Part shown: positions 55,696 to 58,377 of the stretch, piece by piece
Position numbering within the stretch: position 1 is the first letter of the stretch
Layout of the letters: every line of letters begins with the position of its first letter
DNA from: an uncultured Rickettsiales bacterium
Lineage (GTDB): Bacteria; Pseudomonadota; Alphaproteobacteria; Rickettsiales; SXRF01
Direction of reading: 5' to 3'
Assembly: GCA_964487265.1 (NCBI GenBank)
Contig: CAZAQK010000001.1
Span: forward strand, 1 to 58,377
DNA: 58,377 bases
The notes under the pieces: model-generated
What the model saw: the letters and a program-made list of their open reading frames with translations, nothing else
Database searches by the model: none
What the model was told of the DNA's origin: nothing
Program-made: the position numbers and the translations under genes

Positions 55696-56429
55696 TAATT
55701 CATATACATTCCACCATTGATATGCAGCGTCTGACCAGTGATATAGGCCGCCTCATCACTCGCCAGATATAACGCACCGGCAGCGATTTCATTTGCTGAC
55801 CCCATGCGGCCAAGCGGAATGTTATTGTTGATTTTAGATTTTTGATCTTCGGTCAGCACTTCAGTCATGCTGGTGGCGATGAAGCCTGGGGCAATGCAGT
55901 TCACGGTGATGCCGCGGCTTGCAATTTCCTGCGCAAAAGATTTCGCCATGCCGGTAAGGCCTGCTTTACTCGCGCAGTAATTCGCCTGCCCCGGGTTACC
56001 TGAGTGCCCCACCACGGAGGTGATGTAAATGATGCGGCCAAATCTCCGCTTCATCATGCCTTTTATGCAGGCGCGCGTGAGTTTGAAGCTCGCAGTGAGG
56101 TTTACATCGATCACCTGTTGCCACTCTTCGTCTTTCATGCGCATGCTCAGATTATCGCGCGTCACACCGGCGTTGCAGATTAAAATATCAAGCCCGCCAA
56201 GTTTTTCTTCCGCTTCCTTGATGAGGTTTTCAACCGTATCAAGTTTGGAGAGGTCACACGCAATCGGCACTGCACCGCTTATTTGGGAAACCAGTGCCTC
56301 AAGCTTTTCCACCTTGCTGCCGGAGACGGCAACGGTCGCACCCGCACCGTGCAATGCTTTTGCGATCTCGCCGCCAATGCCACCCGTGGCACCGGTCACC
56401 AATGCTTTTTTACCTGTAAGAGAGAACAT
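55695..56429 (-). CDS. fabG: 3-oxoacyl-ACP reductase
   Basis: Start MFSLTGKKALVTGATGGIG at 56429, with NAG, YCASKAG and the SDR pattern. The longer ORF-track N-terminus is read-through of the palindromic element. Confidence 0.95.
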   Translation of the reverse strand: MFSLTGKKALVTGATGGIGGEIAKALHGAGATVAVSGSKVEKLEALVSQISGAVPIACDLSKLDTVENLIKEAEEKLGGLDILICNAGVTRDNLSMRMKDEEWQQVIDVNLTASFKLTRACIKGMMKRRFGRIIYITSVVGHSGNPGQANYCASKAGLTGMAKSFAQEIASRGITVNCIAPGFIATSMTEVLTEDQKSKINNNIPLGRMGSANEIAAGALYLASDEAAYITGQTLHINGGMYMN

Positions 56430-56443
56430 AAAACCACCTATCT

Positions 56444-56545
56444 TGTCATCCTCGGGCAAGCGAAGCGCGATCCGGGGATCCATCTTAAAAAATACTGTGG
56501 ATTTTATGAAGGAGATAGATGCCCGGGTCAAGCCCGAGCATGACA
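56444..56545. repeat. MITE-like palindromic element (TGTCATCCTCGGGC ... GCCCGAGCATGACA)
   Basis: 14-nt terminal inverted repeats match at 13/14. The left half shares GTCAT..GCGAAGCG..ATCC with the element at 50512. It lies in the fabD-fabG spacer. Confidence 0.75.
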
Positions 56546-56557
56546 CCCTAAAAGCAA

Positions 56558-57496
56558 TTACACTTTCACAAATGCCTCAAGGTCAGCTGGCGTGCCAACA
56601 TTCAAACTCACCATCTCCGGCGCATTACGCTTGTTGAGGCCGGAGAGCACCTTGCCAGCACCAATTTCAATGGTGCGGGTCACGCCCTGATTCCACAGAT
56701 ACTCGATCGATTCCCGCCAGCGCACCACGCCGGTCACCTGATCCACCAGAAGCTGGCGCAGCATATCCGGGTTGCTTTCAGCACTGGCCGTCACATTCGC
56801 CACCACCGGCACACAGGGTGCCAAGAATTTGGCAACGCTGAGTGCTTCTGCCATCGCACCCGATGCCGGTGCCATTAATGCACAATGAAATGGCGCACTT
56901 ACATCAAGGAGTATGGCGCGTTTAATACCTTTAGCTTTGGCAATCTCCACCGCGCGTTCGATCGCCGCTTTGGCACCACTTATCACCACTTGGCCTGCTG
57001 CATTGTCATTCGCCACCGAGCACACATCACCCTGTGCTGCTTCTTTTGCGACTTCTTCGGCCTGCGCAAAATCTGCACCAATCAAAGCCGCCATCGCCCC
57101 CTGTCCTTTAGGCACGGCCTGCTGCATGGCCTTGCCGCGCAGGCGAAGGAGTCGCGCAGTATCGGTAAGGCTTAAGGCACCTGCCGCGCACAGTGCCGAA
57201 TATTCACCCAGCGAATGACCAGCAACGAAGGCAGCCTGCGATTTCACATCGAACCCCTGCTCTTTTTGCAGCACGCGGAGCACTGCCATACTGGTTGCCA
57301 TAATAGCTGGTTGGGCGTTTTCCGTAAGCGTCAGGGTTTCCTGCGGGCCTTCGAAGATAATGGCAGAAAGCCTCTCAGAGAGGGCACTGTCCACCTCATC
57401 AAACACCTCGCGGGCGGCTGTGAACTGTGCCGCTAAGTCCTTGCCCATACCGACAATTTGCGATCCCTGGCCGGGGAAAAGCAGTGCTGTTTTCAT
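56558..57496 (-). CDS. fabD: ACP S-malonyltransferase
   Basis: Start MKTALLFPGQGSQ at 57496, with the active site GHSLGEYSAL. Confidence 0.95.
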   Translation of the reverse strand: MKTALLFPGQGSQIVGMGKDLAAQFTAAREVFDEVDSALSERLSAIIFEGPQETLTLTENAQPAIMATSMAVLRVLQKEQGFDVKSQAAFVAGHSLGEYSALCAAGALSLTDTARLLRLRGKAMQQAVPKGQGAMAALIGADFAQAEEVAKEAAQGDVCSVANDNAAGQVVISGAKAAIERAVEIAKAKGIKRAILLDVSAPFHCALMAPASGAMAEALSVAKFLAPCVPVVANVTASAESNPDMLRQLLVDQVTGVVRWRESIEYLWNQGVTRTIEIGAGKVLSGLNKRNAPEMVSLNVGTPADLEAFVKV

Positions 57497-57687
57497 GTGT
57501 GTTCCTGTGTTAGCTGATTGATTGTTCATGATATTCCGTTTTAGAGCCGTTTTATTAGCGCAAAGCGGTGGTTTTAGCAACAATTCTGCTTGCTTTAGTG
57601 CGCAAAATGGCTATTAGTTATAGCCCTTTTTATCCACAGGCTCGGGCAAGTGGCTAAAATATAATTATATTTCAGGAGTTTATAGTA

Positions 57688-58077
57688 ATGCCTTTATACG
57701 AAAGTACATTCATCACCCGTCAGGATCTGTCACGTCAGGACGTGTCTAAGATCGCTGATGCACTCGGTGCGATCATCGAGCAGGGCGGTGGCAAGATCGT
57801 AAAGAATGAATACTGGGGTCTTAAAACCCTCGCCTATAAAATCAACAAACATCGCAAAGGGCATTACAACATGCTCGCGATCGATTCGCCTCCAGCTGCG
57901 CTCCATGAAATGGAACGCAACATGCGCATCAATGAAGATATCGTGCGCACGCTGACCATCCGCGTAGATGCTATTGAAGAAGGCCCGTCTGTGCAGATGC
58001 AGCAGGCGCGTGGCCGTGATGAATATGCTTCCACTGACACTGATGCAGGCGAAACAACTAATGAGGCTGTGAACTAA
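57688..58077 (+). CDS. rpsF: 30S ribosomal protein S6
   Basis: [23 protein letters not shown] ... GLKTLAYKI, with an acidic C-terminal tail. Confidence 0.95.
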   Translation: MPLYESTFITRQDLSRQDVSKIADALGAIIEQGGGKIVKNEYWGLKTLAYKINKHRKGHYNMLAIDSPPAALHEMERNMRINEDIVRTLTIRVDAIEEGPSVQMQQARGRDEYASTDTDAGETTNEAVN

Positions 58078-58078
58078 T

Positions 58079-58342
58079 ATGAGAGAGAACACACAAAGAA
58101 ATCAGGATGCAGGCGCAGGCCGTAAGGTATTTTTCCGCCGCAAGAAAACCTGCCCGCTCACCGGCGCAAACGCTCCGAAGATCGATTATAAGGATGTGAA
58201 GCTGCTTTCGCGTTTCGTTTCTGAACGTGGTAAGATCCTGCCTTCACGCATCACTTCCGTGTGCCACAAGAAACAGCGTGAGCTGACGGGCGCCATTAAA
58301 CGTGCCCGCAACCTGGCACTGCTTCCTTTCGTTACGAAATAA
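58079..58342 (+). CDS. rpsR: 30S ribosomal protein S18
   Basis: 87 aa with [25 protein letters not shown] and [20 protein letters not shown]. Confidence 0.95.
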   Translation: MRENTQRNQDAGAGRKVFFRRKKTCPLTGANAPKIDYKDVKLLSRFVSERGKILPSRITSVCHKKQRELTGAIKRARNLALLPFVTK

Positions 58343-58377
58343 GCAACGACATACTTCCTTATTTAAGGCCTCCGGTT

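Noticed and set aside
57630-57638. Perfect DnaA-box consensus TTATCCACA in the fabD-rpsF spacer, as a possible origin or DnaA-regulated promoter.
   Set aside because: It is a single box with no cluster of boxes, no AT-rich unwinding element and no dnaA/dnaN/hemE-type neighbours. One 9-mer match in 58 kb on both strands is close to chance expectation.
1-58377. Search for CRISPR arrays, tRNA/rRNA genes, integrases, transposases and prophage genes.
   Set aside because: I saw no regularly spaced direct repeats with unique spacers, no cloverleaf-compatible sequences in the intergenic spacers, and no recombinase-like ORFs. The repeat elements reported are hairpins or palindromes, not arrays.

Overview
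This is 58.4 kb of gene-dense bacterial chromosome with about 50 CDS. I saw no rRNA, tRNA, CRISPR array, integrase or transposase. Gene content and synteny look alphaproteobacterial (Rickettsiales/Holosporales/Rhodospirillales-like), which is an inference: aroK-aroB, dnaG-rpoD, NDUFA12/MlaD/DUF2155, pyrD, fabD-fabG-acpP-fabF-mltG, rpsF-rpsR. Three accessory-looking parts sit between the housekeeping blocks. (1) A 3.1 kb minus-strand operon (12610-15703) encodes a DPPR-synthase-type UbiA prenyltransferase plus two tandem paralogous polytopic membrane proteins. It is wedged into the usually contiguous NDUFA12/MlaD/DUF2155 neighbourhood. (2) A type IVa pilus gene set has a TPR protein, pilT and pilU on the plus strand converging on 15 co-directional minus-strand genes (42199 down to 22568, gaps no larger than 113 nt). 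The order is pilD, then cysI, sirC-like, cysH, a four-helix-bundle ORF, cysD, cysNC and a 1176-aa flavo-FeS oxidoreductase, then pilB, pilC, a PilM-PilN fusion, PilO-like, PilP-like, an ABC ATPase and a Wzy_C/O-antigen-ligase-like protein. No pilin or secretin is in the window. (3) Beta-oxidation genes are interrupted by two 132-aa paralogous unknowns. The most unusual DNA-level signal is a set of seven loci built from 7-8 nt tandem units, with a different unit sequence at each locus. Six are hairpins or long-range stems, and one is a tandem heptamer tract with no inverted partner. One stem brackets the four-helix-bundle (Avd / 23S-rRNA-IVS protein family) ORF between cysH and cysD, and two loci lie in frame inside the oxidoreductase gene. 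Two MITE-like palindromes of another family sit at 50512-50593 and 56444-56545. All calls rest on reading the translated ORFs and the DNA by eye, with no database searches.
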